Positions 9,644-18,442 of a stretch of 64,000 nucleotides of DNA are shown here, piece after piece. A program made the position numbers and the translations under genes. The stretch is from Planctomycetota bacterium. GTDB taxonomy: Bacteria > Planctomycetota > PLA2 > JAEUHO01. Every line of letters begins with the position of its first letter. Position 1 is the stretch's first letter. Under the pieces are notes generated by a model. That model did not search any database and was not told where the DNA came from. It was given only the letters and a program-made list of their open reading frames with translations. Location: contig JBFWRP010000003.1 of the NCBI GenBank assembly GCA_050248855.1, positions 156,049 to 220,048 of the forward strand. The letters run 5' to 3'.

Positions 9644-10905
9644 CCCCGCGACAAGACCGCGACGCGCCGCACCTCGCGTCCGGCACGCTGGGCCTCGCCG
9701 AGCGCGTGCTCCAAGGCCTTCTGCGCGTCGCCGAAGGCCAGCAGGCCCATCGGTCGAAGGATGTCCCGGCCCATCTCGCTGACGATGTGGACCGGGTGGT
9801 CCGCTGCGAGGCGACGCAGGCTGTAGGCCGTCAGCCCGTAGGGGTGGAAGCGTTCGCGAAGCGCCGCGAGGTGGCGGGAGAGCGAACCGCTCTCGAACCA
9901 GGGGAGCAGCTCGGGATGGCCGGCGCCGCGCGGGGCGCGCGCGAGCCATACGATGGGGGCCCCGGGTGCGGCGAAGCGCGAGGCGGCCAGCAGGGCCTTG
10001 TGGGCCTGCACGAGGTCGCCGTCCCGCGGCGCCGGCGTGCCGACCAGCACGAGGTCCGCCGGTTCGGCGGCGTGGGCTTCGGCATGCCGCGTCTCGTAGC
10101 GACGAATGGCCTCGTCGTGCGCGGTGACCACGTCGCCCGCCACGGCCTCGGCGATGCCGCCGTCGTCCGACGGCACGATGCCGAGCATCGACACCCTGCC
10201 GAAGCGCGTGGCGATCGCGCGGAGGGCATCGCGAAACGGCTGCGGGCCGTCGGGGCGCGCGGGCCTGAGTGACCCGTCGGGCTTGACCAAGGCGTCGAGC
10301 GTGAGGCGGTGGGCCGCGAGCACCGTGGCGCGGTCGGCCACGCCGGGCACGAGCGACTTGGCGCCGCCCCCGTGCCCCGCCAGATGATGCCGCGTGACGA
10401 CGCCTGTCAACACGACGTGGTCCGCGCTGGCCACCACGCGATGCACCGCGACCGGGCCCAGCCGATCGTCTTCGAAGAGCGTCTCGTTGAGCTCGGGCGT
10501 GTCCGGCGCCGACTGGATGGGCTTCAGCGTGCGCATGACGTCGGCACCGACGAGCGCGGCCACGTCGTCCCGCGGCGCGGCAGGATGGATGCCACGGGCC
10601 ACCACCACGCGCAAACGATCGGGCCCGATGCCCGCGCGCGCCAGACGCGAGAACACGGGCAGCAGGTACACCGACGCAGGAGCCGGCCGCGTCGGGTCGG
10701 GCACGACGATCGCCACGGAGCGCGCCCCGCGCGCGACCTCGGCCAGGGGCGCCGCGCCGACGGGCGCATCGAGCGCGCGTGCCACGGTCGCCAGCGGCGC
10801 CGCGGACGCGGCCACGGGGCGGGGCGACACGTCGACGACGGATACGCCCTGCGGCAGGTCGACCGTCCGCGTGCCTTGGCCCCAGGCGAGATGGACGGTC
10901 GTCAC
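9640..10905 (-). CDS. Lactate racemase (LarA) superfamily protein
   Basis: Motifs VVPDPTRP, ARGIH, HHLAGHGGGAKSLVPG, QAHKAL; GTG start 7 nt after TAGCCT. Confidence 0.8.
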   Translation of the reverse strand: MTTVHLAWGQGTRTVDLPQGVSVVDVSPRPVAASAAPLATVARALDAPVGAAPLAEVARGARSVAIVVPDPTRPAPASVYLLPVFSRLARAGIGPDRLRVVVARGIHPAAPRDDVAALVGADVMRTLKPIQSAPDTPELNETLFEDDRLGPVAVHRVVASADHVVLTGVVTRHHLAGHGGGAKSLVPGVADRATVLAAHRLTLDALVKPDGSLRPARPDGPQPFRDALRAIATRFGRVSMLGIVPSDDGGIAEAVAGDVVTAHDEAIRRYETRHAEAHAAEPADLVLVGTPAPRDGDLVQAHKALLAASRFAAPGAPIVWLARAPRGAGHPELLPWFESGSLSRHLAALRERFHPYGLTAYSLRRLAADHPVHIVSEMGRDILRPMGLLAFGDAQKALEHALGEAQRAGREVRRVAVLSRG

Positions 10906-10915
10906 GGACGGCAGG

Positions 10916-11773
10916 CTACCGCCGCGTCGCCTCCGTCGCCGCCGCGGGCCAGGGTGCGCCCCACGCACGCTGCCCGATACGGTGGGGGTTCTCGAGACCA
11001 TCGCGTGAGTGGCGATGGCAGACGAAACAGGAAGCGCGCTCGCCGAGCCGTTCGTGGAGCGCGGCGAACGCCGAGCGCTTGACCGCGAGGTACTCGTGGA
11101 GGCCCCGCAGTCGTACGTCGAAGATGACGTGCTCGCGGAGCACGGTGAGACCCACGTCGGGGCCGCGCGGGCTGCCCGCGGCCGGCTCGGCCGCCCAGCC
11201 CACGATCTGCAAGTCGGCGATCCTGCGCAGTCGCGCTGCGCGCGCGTCGGTGCAGCGCAGGACCTCGAAGCCACCCTCCCGCACGAGGAGACTCCCGTGG
11301 GGATCGTCGAGGGCCGAAGCACACGTCGTGGGGTCGGGCGCCTCGGCGAGCGCGGACGCCAGGCTGACGGCGGCCAGCGCCGGCTCGGGCACGGCCTCGG
11401 CGACGCTCTTCGCGCTCGGCCAGATCGCCACCCCCAGGGCCCCGACCGCCAGGGCCGCCGCCGCGCGCAGCGCGAAGACGAGGCCTCGACGAGCTGGCGG
11501 CCGCGCGGGCGCGCGGAGGCGCGCGCGGATGCGCTGCTCGAGCTCGACCGGCGTGCGTGCCGGGAGCCCCTGACGCCACGCCGCGCCGGCCTGCTGGAGG
11601 CCCTCGAGGAAGGCCCGGCGGCGGGCGGTCGCGGCAGCGCGCCCGGTGTCCCGGCGGAGATCCGCTTCGAAGGCGGCGGCCTCGGCGGCCGGCATCTCGC
11701 CATCGAGGTAGCGATCGAGCTGCAGGGCCTCCTCGCGAGGAGACGGCAGGGGGGAGTTCAAGGCGTGGCGCAT
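10916..11773 (-). CDS. Membrane-spanning anti-sigma factor with a C-terminal CxxCH motif
   Basis: Anti-sigma domain 'LDRYLDGEMPAAEAAAFEADL'; one TM helix; SCFVCH near the C-terminus; TGATG overlap with the upstream ECF sigma. Confidence 0.8.
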   Translation of the reverse strand: MRHALNSPLPSPREEALQLDRYLDGEMPAAEAAAFEADLRRDTGRAAATARRRAFLEGLQQAGAAWRQGLPARTPVELEQRIRARLRAPARPPARRGLVFALRAAAALAVGALGVAIWPSAKSVAEAVPEPALAAVSLASALAEAPDPTTCASALDDPHGSLLVREGGFEVLRCTDARAARLRRIADLQIVGWAAEPAAGSPRGPDVGLTVLREHVIFDVRLRGLHEYLAVKRSAFAALHERLGERASCFVCHRHSRDGLENPHRIGQRAWGAPWPAAATEATRR

Positions 11774-12318
11774 CAGCTCGACCGGGGACCCGCAGGACGT
11801 TCCGGCGGCTGAACGAGGGTCTGCTTGAGGTATTCCCGGCCCCGGTGCAGGCGGCTCATGACCGTGCCCTGGGGGACGTCGAGGATCTCCCCGATCTCCT
11901 TGTAGGTGAGGCCGTCGAGGTCGCGCAGGCGGACGGCCTGGCGGAAGGGGTCCGGGACGCGCTCCAGGGCGCGCTCCACGGCATCGGGCCCGAGGTGGTC
12001 CCAGGGCTGGTCGTCGTCCTGGGCCGCGGGCGCGACGGCGCCTGCCATCTCCGTCAGCTCGTCTTCGGGCAAGGGCGTGGGACGCAGGCGACCGCGCCGG
12101 TAGCGGTCGACGTGGATGCGGCGCAAGATGGTGAACAGCCATGCCTTCGCGTTCGTGCCCGGCGTGAACGTGTGGAATGCCCGCCACGCCCGCAAGAACG
12201 TCTCCTGGACGAGATCGTCTGCGTCGTGCGGGTTACGCGCGAGCGACAGCGCGAACGCACGGCAGTCGGGCACGAAGGGCAGGCACGTCCGCTCGAACAG
12301 GTCCGGCGGGTCCTGCAT
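11773..12318 (-). CDS. ECF sigma factor (SigH/SigR-like)
   Basis: Region 2 'DADDLVQETFLRAW...NAKAWLFTIL'; region 4 'LTYKEIGEILDVPQGTVMSRLHRGR'. Confidence 0.93.
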   Translation of the reverse strand: MQDPPDLFERTCLPFVPDCRAFALSLARNPHDADDLVQETFLRAWRAFHTFTPGTNAKAWLFTILRRIHVDRYRRGRLRPTPLPEDELTEMAGAVAPAAQDDDQPWDHLGPDAVERALERVPDPFRQAVRLRDLDGLTYKEIGEILDVPQGTVMSRLHRGREYLKQTLVQPPERPAGPRSS

Positions 12319-12374
12319 CCCCCGCAGCGTACCGGACGGTCGCCTGGCCCGCGCCGACGGTATGTTGGCCCGCC

Positions 12375-13271
12375 ATGGAAGCGTGCGTGAGCGTGAACGG
12401 CGTCGTGACGCGGCCCGAGGACGCCCGGGTGCCCGCGCTGGATCGCGGCTTCCTGTATGGCGACAGCGTGTACGAGGTCCTGTGGTGGCACCGCGGTGCG
12501 CCCATCCAGCTCGAGGAACACCTGGAGCGCCTGGAGCGGTCGGCCGAGCGCATGTACCTGGACCTCGGCGCGCCGCGCGCGCACTGGCGCGACGCGATTG
12601 CCCAGGCCGTGGCGGCCAGCGGCGCGACATCCGAGGACGACGCGTACGTGCGCCTCGTCGTGACGCGCGGTGTGGGCGCCCTTGGCTTGGCGCTGGACCC
12701 GGCACCTCGCCCGACGGTCGTCGTGGTCGTGGCCCCGGCACGTCGGCCGGCGCCCGGGCACGCGATGGCCCTGGCCGTCGTGGAGCGGGAGCGCGTCGGC
12801 CGACGCGCGCTCGACCCCGCGGCCAAGACAGGCAACTACATGAACAACGCGCTCGCCCTGCACGAGGCGAAGCTCCACGGTGCGGACGACGCCATTCTCC
12901 TGAACGCCGAAGGCTTCGTCACCGAGGCCAGCACCGCGAACGTGTACCTCGTGGAACGCGGCGCCCTCGTGACGCCCGCGCTGGACGCCGGGCTGCTGGA
13001 GGGCACCACGCGTCGGCGGCTGCTCGGTCTGGCCCGCGAGCTCGGCATCGAGGTCCATGAGACCGCGGTACGGCCCGAGCGCTTGCGCGGCGCCGACGAG
13101 GTCTTCGTCTCCAGCTCCGTGCGCGGTGTCGTCCCCGCGTCGCGCGTGGACCAGCGCACCTTCGCCGCGCCGCTTCCCGGGCCGGTCACCGCGCGCCTGC
13201 GCGAGGCCTTCGAGCGCCGGGCCGACGAGGAGGCCGCGGCGTGGCGTGCGGCCCGGGCACCCACGTCGTGA
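12375..13271 (+). CDS. PLP fold-type IV aminotransferase (branched-chain/D-amino-acid aminotransferase or ADC lyase)
   Basis: DRGFLYGDSVYE, AKTGNY, EASTAN, LEGTTR, ADEVF. Confidence 0.88.
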   Translation: MEACVSVNGVVTRPEDARVPALDRGFLYGDSVYEVLWWHRGAPIQLEEHLERLERSAERMYLDLGAPRAHWRDAIAQAVAASGATSEDDAYVRLVVTRGVGALGLALDPAPRPTVVVVVAPARRPAPGHAMALAVVERERVGRRALDPAAKTGNYMNNALALHEAKLHGADDAILLNAEGFVTEASTANVYLVERGALVTPALDAGLLEGTTRRRLLGLARELGIEVHETAVRPERLRGADEVFVSSSVRGVVPASRVDQRTFAAPLPGPVTARLREAFERRADEEAAAWRAARAPTS

Positions 13272-15100
13272 GGCCGTCGTCCTGGCCGCGCCTGCTGGCG
13301 CTCGTCGTCGCCGTGTACGCCCTCGTCGTACCCGTGGGCGCCATGATCACGCGCTCGTTCCTCGTGGAAGAGGTCGAGCTGGCCGATGGCGAGGTCCTGG
13401 TGGCCGTGGGACGCGTCGAGCAGCAGAACGGCCTCGTGCGCTTCGCCACCCAGTCGGCCCCGGGCGCCGAGCGCGTGCCCGAGCGCTTCCGCGACGAGGA
13501 CGTGCGCGAAGTACGCCACAAGCTCTCGCTGCACCACCATCGCTTCGTGCTGTCCGACCCGCGCCTGACCACGATGCTGCTCGGCAGCGTGGGGATCGCC
13601 TTCGGGGGCGCCACGCTGGCGTTGCTCCTGGGGCTCCCCTTGGCCTGGCTCGTGGGCCGCACGGACCTCAAGGGGCGCATGCTGCTGGCGGCCCTCTCCA
13701 CGCTGCCCGCGCTGCTGCCACCCTTCTTCGTGGCCCTGGGCGCCGCGCGCGACTGGCAGGGTGCCGTGATCGCGATCTTCGGGTTCGAAGGCGCGGCCTT
13801 GCAACGTGCCACGAGCGTTCTCGTCTTCGGTCTCGTGTTGTTCCCGCTCGTGATGTGGCTCGGGGGGCTGGCGCTGGCGCGTGTGCCCAAGGGGCCCTAC
13901 GAGGCGGCGCTGCTCCTCGGCGGGCGCAGCGCGGCGCGCCGCCACGTCGTGGGGCCGCTGCTGCGACCCACGCTGGCCGGTGCATGGCTCCTGGCCTTCG
14001 TGTTGGCGCTCTCCGACTTCGCGGTGCCCGACCTGCTCGGCTTCCTGCTGCCGACCGGCGGCGTACCCACGAGCACGTTCGCGACGGAGATCCTGCTGCA
14101 ATGGAAGCAGGAGGGGAACGCGGGCCGTGCCGTCGCCACGGGCGGCCCGCTCGTGCTCGTCACGCTCCTGCTCGTCGTCGTCGCTTCGCGCTGGATCCGC
14201 CGCAGTCCGGCGTTCGCCACGCACGCCGTCGAGGACGCGCTCCCGCGCATGCGCCTCTCGACCCGTTCGCGCGTGCTCGCGTACCTGGGCTGGGGCATCG
14301 TGCTGTTCGTGGCCGTCGGCTTGCCCGTCCTGGGCGTGGCCGGCTGGGCTGGTGACGGCGGCGAGTCGGTCGTGCGCGGCAGCGGCGCCACGGCCGAAGT
14401 CGTCCGCGTGGCGAGCTCGGGGCGGCTCGGCGACATCGCCGGCGCCATGGCGCGCACGGCGGGCAGCGAGGAGGAGCTCCATCGCTGGCTGACCAACGCG
14501 GGCTCTGCCGCCCTCCTGGCGATGCTCCTGGCCGTGCCGCTCGTGCACGCGGCACTGCGCCGGGGTCGGTTCTGGCGCGTGGCCGTGCCAAGCCTGGGGC
14601 TGGTGGGCCTGGCCACGCCGGGCCTGGCCCTCTCCGTCGGCTCGCGCGTCGTGCACGACGCCCTCCCCGTCCCGATCCTCACGGACGCCGCCGTGCCACC
14701 CGTGCTGGCGCTGATGGCGCGCTTCCTGCCCGTGGCCCTGCTGATGGCCTGGCTGGCGCTGCGCAGCATCCGCCGCGGCGAAGAGGAGGCCGGCCGCTTG
14801 GCGGGGGCGGGGGCCTGGACGCGTACGGCCACGCTGGTCCTCAAGCCGGCGCTGGGCGGTCTGGTGGCCGGCGTCCTCCTGACGTTCGTCCTGGCGCTGC
14901 GGGAGATCGAGGCCGTCATGGTGCTGGATGCCCGCATCCTGCCCATGCGCCTCTACGACAAGATCCACTTCAGCCGCCTGGCCGACGAAGCCAACCTCCT
15001 CCTGCTCTGCGTCCTGGTCCAGCTCGCCCCCGCCGTGCTGCTGGCGGCCCTCCTGGGCCTGCGCCGGGCGTTCCGGGGGCAGGAGGTCCCGGTCGCGTGA
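13268..15100 (+). CDS. ABC transporter permease, FbpB/ThiP-type with two fused TM modules
   Basis: Many TM helices; two EAA loops (YEAALLLG, EEAGRLAG); GTGA overlap with the upstream gene. Confidence 0.8.
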   Translation: MRPSSWPRLLALVVAVYALVVPVGAMITRSFLVEEVELADGEVLVAVGRVEQQNGLVRFATQSAPGAERVPERFRDEDVREVRHKLSLHHHRFVLSDPRLTTMLLGSVGIAFGGATLALLLGLPLAWLVGRTDLKGRMLLAALSTLPALLPPFFVALGAARDWQGAVIAIFGFEGAALQRATSVLVFGLVLFPLVMWLGGLALARVPKGPYEAALLLGGRSAARRHVVGPLLRPTLAGAWLLAFVLALSDFAVPDLLGFLLPTGGVPTSTFATEILLQWKQEGNAGRAVATGGPLVLVTLLLVVVASRWIRRSPAFATHAVEDALPRMRLSTRSRVLAYLGWGIVLFVAVGLPVLGVAGWAGDGGESVVRGSGATAEVVRVASSGRLGDIAGAMARTAGSEEELHRWLTNAGSAALLAMLLAVPLVHAALRRGRFWRVAVPSLGLVGLATPGLALSVGSRVVHDALPVPILTDAAVPPVLALMARFLPVALLMAWLALRSIRRGEEEAGRLAGAGAWTRTATLVLKPALGGLVAGVLLTFVLALREIEAVMVLDARILPMRLYDKIHFSRLADEANLLLLCVLVQLAPAVLLAALLGLRRAFRGQEVPVA

Positions 15101-15168
15101 CACCTTGGCGGCCCGGGGACGTTGGAACAGGTGGCCCCCGTACGCCCGGACCGTCAGGAACCCCGACC

Positions 15169-16488
15169 ATGCACCTTCGCGCACCCCGGCTGCTGGCTCC
15201 CTTCGTGCTCGCCCCCCTGCTGGCCGGGGGTGCCCTGGCCACCATGGCTTCTGCCGACGTCGTCACCACCCGGGACGGTCTGCGCGTCGAAGGCACGGCG
15301 TCGCGTCTGGACGACGGCCGCTGGCGTGTCGTGACGCCCGACGGCGAGGTCCTGCTGCGGGCCGATGACGTGGTCGCCGTCGCCGAGGGCGCCGCGCCCC
15401 GGGCCCAGCTCGAAGCCCGCCTCGAGGCGCTGGCTGCCGACGACGTGGCGGGTCACTACAAGCTGGCCCTCGAAGCCACGGCCGAAGGCCAGGCCGATCT
15501 GGCGCGGCGGTCGCTGGAGCGTGTCCTCGTGCTCGAGCCGGACCATCGCGCGGCCCGCCGCGCGCTCGGCTTCGAGCGCGTCGGCGAGCGCTGGCTCACG
15601 CACGACGAGGCGTGCCTCGAGCGCGGGCTCGTCCTGTTCGACGGCAGCTGGCGCTTGCCCGCCGAAGTCGAGAAGGTCTCCCGGGCCGTCCGCACGCTCG
15701 ACGCCGGCGCGCGCGACGGACGCGTCACGCGCCTCCTCGCGCAGCTGGCCGAGGGCGATGCCGCGCTCTCGCGGGCCGTACGCCTGCGCTTGGCGTCCCT
15801 GGACCACCGTGAGCTGCTCGACGGGGCCTTGGAAGCGCTCTACGACCGCCGTACGCCGGTGCGCCGGGTGGCCGCCCAGGCGCTCGCCGAGCTGGGCGAC
15901 GAGGCGGCGCTGCGCCGCTTGCTGTTCTCGGCCGTGCGGGATGCGGACGCCGACGTGCGCCGCGAGGCCGTCGAGGCCGCGCGCAGCTTCGGGCATCCCG
16001 ATGCCGCCGTGCCCCTGATCAAGGCGCTGGCTTCGGAGAACGAGACGATGGTCGCCCACGCGGCCCAGGCCCTGGGCGAGCTCGGCGACCACCGCGCCAT
16101 CTCCTACCTCGTCAAGCGCATGAGTGCCGGCGGCGACAGCCCGCGCGCCTTCTTGGCGGTGCTCAACGAGATCTCGTACGTCCGCGACTACGACGTGGAG
16201 ATCGCCCAGGCTTCCAACATCGCCAACCCCGACGTGGCCACCGTGCGCGAAGGCGTCATCCTGGATGCCGACGTGCTGGGCACGGCGTTGACGCGCACGT
16301 GGATCGAGCCGGTCATCGTGGATGCCGTCGGCAAGCTCGCCGGTCGCCAGTTCGCCAACGCCGACGAGGTCCGCGCCTGGTACCTGGCCCATCAGCACGA
16401 GCTGCCGCGCTTCGAGTCCACGCAGAAGTCACGCGCGCCGCGTCGTCCGCAGCGCGGACGCATCCTGGGCGCGCCGCTGCTCGACTAG
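15169..16488 (+). CDS. Exported HEAT-repeat protein
   Basis: Signal peptide; TPR-like 'VLVLEPDHRAARRALG'; HEAT repeats (VRRVAAQALAELG, VRREAVEAARSFG, HAAQALGELG). Confidence 0.8.
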   Translation: MHLRAPRLLAPFVLAPLLAGGALATMASADVVTTRDGLRVEGTASRLDDGRWRVVTPDGEVLLRADDVVAVAEGAAPRAQLEARLEALAADDVAGHYKLALEATAEGQADLARRSLERVLVLEPDHRAARRALGFERVGERWLTHDEACLERGLVLFDGSWRLPAEVEKVSRAVRTLDAGARDGRVTRLLAQLAEGDAALSRAVRLRLASLDHRELLDGALEALYDRRTPVRRVAAQALAELGDEAALRRLLFSAVRDADADVRREAVEAARSFGHPDAAVPLIKALASENETMVAHAAQALGELGDHRAISYLVKRMSAGGDSPRAFLAVLNEISYVRDYDVEIAQASNIANPDVATVREGVILDADVLGTALTRTWIEPVIVDAVGKLAGRQFANADEVRAWYLAHQHELPRFESTQKSRAPRRPQRGRILGAPLLD

Positions 16489-16491
16489 CGC

Positions 16492-16716
16492 CTACTTCTT
16501 CTTCTTGTCGTCCTTGGAGGCGGCAGCGGCCTCTTGACGCATCTGCTTCTTGGAGCGGATCTTGAACTTGGTCCGCACCTTGGGCAGGCCGAGGACCTCG
16601 TCGCCCTCGCGCCAGCGGTCCTGGTCCTTCAGGGTCTCGATGCGCTCCCAGCGGGTGAGGACGCTCCGCGTGCGGACCAGGCTGCTCTTGAGCTTGAGGC
16701 TCTTGTGGATGGACAT
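16492..16716 (-). CDS. PVC superphylum signature small basic protein (TIGR04137-like)
   Basis: 'MSIHKSLK....RTRSVLTRWERIETLK...W.EGD.VLGLPKVR' matches the family pattern. Confidence 0.88.
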   Translation of the reverse strand: MSIHKSLKLKSSLVRTRSVLTRWERIETLKDQDRWREGDEVLGLPKVRTKFKIRSKKQMRQEAAAASKDDKKKK

Positions 16717-16742
16717 CGCGGGATCCTCGTGGCGGGCCCGAA

Positions 16743-16783
16743 GGGGAAGCGGGCGAGTGTAGGCCCGGCCCCGGGCGGGTCAA
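16743..16783 (-). promoter_or_regulatory. Sigma70 promoter of the small basic protein gene
   Basis: TTGACC-16 nt-TACACT followed by GC-rich CGCCCGC. Confidence 0.75.
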
Positions 16784-16792
16784 TCCGGGTGG

Positions 16793-17371
16793 CTACCGGG
16801 AGGGCTCGAAGCTCCGGCGATGGAAGGGCGTCGAGCCGCAGACCTCGGCCCCGCTGAGGCGCTGCGCCTCGATCCAGGCATCCACCGCCCGCTCGGAGGG
16901 GAACGGCCCCGCGCGGACGACCCACTGGCCGTCCTCCAGGCTGACGCCCCGCACGTTGCGCTCGTCGAGCCCGTAGCGGGCCAGCGCCTGGCGGACGTCG
17001 CCCGCCCTGACCGGCCGGCCCGTGGTGATGTCCACGGCCGCTACGGTGAGCTTGAGGATCACACCCCCGGCGGGCGTCGTGGCGGTGTTGCGCTGGAGGG
17101 CCGGCGCCGGCCCCGTGCCCGGGCGCCCGGCAGCCAGGCCCACGAAGAACGAGAGCACGAGGAGCAGCGTGACGACGCAGGACGCCACCACCACGTGACG
17201 GGGGCTCAGCCACAGCCCGGTGAACCCGCCCGCGCCACGCCCCCCGCTGGCGCGCGGAGCGGCACCTCGCGCCGCGGCCGCCCGCGCCGTCTGCGCGCGC
17301 GCCTTGCGCTCGGCCTGCGCGTTGGCGTCGAAGATCGAGAGGAGGTCGTTGTTGCGGCGCGTCATGCCCAT
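16793..17371 (-). CDS. Bitopic membrane protein with a C-terminal SPOR-like domain
   Basis: One TM helix; 'WVVRAGPFPSERAVDAW' resembles the SPOR motif. Confidence 0.55.
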   Translation of the reverse strand: MGMTRRNNDLLSIFDANAQAERKARAQTARAAAARGAAPRASGGRGAGGFTGLWLSPRHVVVASCVVTLLLVLSFFVGLAAGRPGTGPAPALQRNTATTPAGGVILKLTVAAVDITTGRPVRAGDVRQALARYGLDERNVRGVSLEDGQWVVRAGPFPSERAVDAWIEAQRLSGAEVCGSTPFHRRSFEPSR

Positions 17372-17431
17372 CTCGACACGGTTTCGGAAGCCACACGGCC
17401 CTGGGAGAGTAGGTCGGAACGTGTCGCCCGC

Positions 17432-18442
17432 CTATTGAACATCTCCTTGCGCGGCGTGTGGATCCTCGTCGCGAGGCGTGTCCACGAGGAACGCTGCGAG
17501 CCGCATGGCGGCGTCCAGCGACGTCGGTGTGGCTACGCCGCGCCCGGCGATGTCGAAGGCGGTGCCGTGGTCCACGCTCGTCCGCACGAACGGCAGGCCC
17601 AGCGTGACGTTGACCGCCGTGCGCGGAGCGAGTGTCTTCACGGCAGGCAGGCCTTGGTCGTGGAACATGCAGAGCGCGGCGTCGTAGTGCCCTGCCGCCG
17701 TCTGGGGCACGCAGGCGTCCGCGGGCCAGGGGCCCGTCGCATCGATTCCCGCGCGGCGCGCAGCGGCCACGGCAGGCGCGATCACCGCGTCGTCCTCGTG
17801 CCCCAGCAGGCCGCCTTCACCAGCGTGGGGGTTGAGCCCGCAGACCGCGATGCGCGGCCGGGCGAGCCGGAAGGGACCGCGTAGCGCTGCGTCGAGCACC
17901 CGTAGGTCGTCCAGCAGCCCGTCCTCCGTCAGCAGCGACGGAACGCGCGCGAGCGGGACGTGGATGGTGGCCAGCGCCACCCGCAGCCGCTCCCCGACCA
18001 GCATCATGACCACGTGCGGTACGCCCGCGTGGTCGCGCAGGGCTTCGGTGTGCCCGGGGGACGTGACTCCGGCGAGCGCCCAGGCGCCCTTGTGGATGGG
18101 CGCCGTGACGACGCCCGCCACGCGCCCCGCGAGGGCCAGGTCGGCGGCCGCCAGCACCCAGCCATGGCTGGCGGCCCCGGCCGCGGCCGAGGCGCGTCCC
18201 ACGGGAACGGGTCCGGCCGGGCCCACGCCGGGATCTTGGAGCGCGAGGGCGGCGTCCGCGGGCCCGAGGTCGGGCACCTCGAACGGCGCGCCCACGGCGC
18301 GCCACGCCGCGTCGAACACGTCCCGGGAGCCCACGACGACGAGGCGAGCCGGGACCGTGCGGAACTCGGCCAGGTACCGCGCCACGATCTCGGGCCCGAT
18401 CCCGGCCGGGTCGCCCAACGTCACGGCCAGGGCGCCCCTCAT
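17432..18442 (-). CDS. pdxA: 4-hydroxythreonine-4-phosphate dehydrogenase PdxA
   Basis: TLGDPAGIGPE, PGHTE, GLNPHAGEGG, MFHDQGL, RTSVDHGTAFDIAG. Confidence 0.93.
   Translation of the reverse strand: MRGALAVTLGDPAGIGPEIVARYLAEFRTVPARLVVVGSRDVFDAAWRAVGAPFEVPDLGPADAALALQDPGVGPAGPVPVGRASAAAGAASHGWVLAAADLALAGRVAGVVTAPIHKGAWALAGVTSPGHTEALRDHAGVPHVVMMLVGERLRVALATIHVPLARVPSLLTEDGLLDDLRVLDAALRGPFRLARPRIAVCGLNPHAGEGGLLGHEDDAVIAPAVAAARRAGIDATGPWPADACVPQTAAGHYDAALCMFHDQGLPAVKTLAPRTAVNVTLGLPFVRTSVDHGTAFDIAGRGVATPTSLDAAMRLAAFLVDTPRDEDPHAAQGDVQ

Noticed and set aside
9640..11703. Apparent long N-terminal extensions or fusions in the ORF track (larA-like, pdxA, bamA, slt, yebC, PP2C)
   Set aside because: Upstream parts are read-through of stop-poor GC-rich frames overlapping other genes; better starts with RBS, -10 box or stop-start overlap were found
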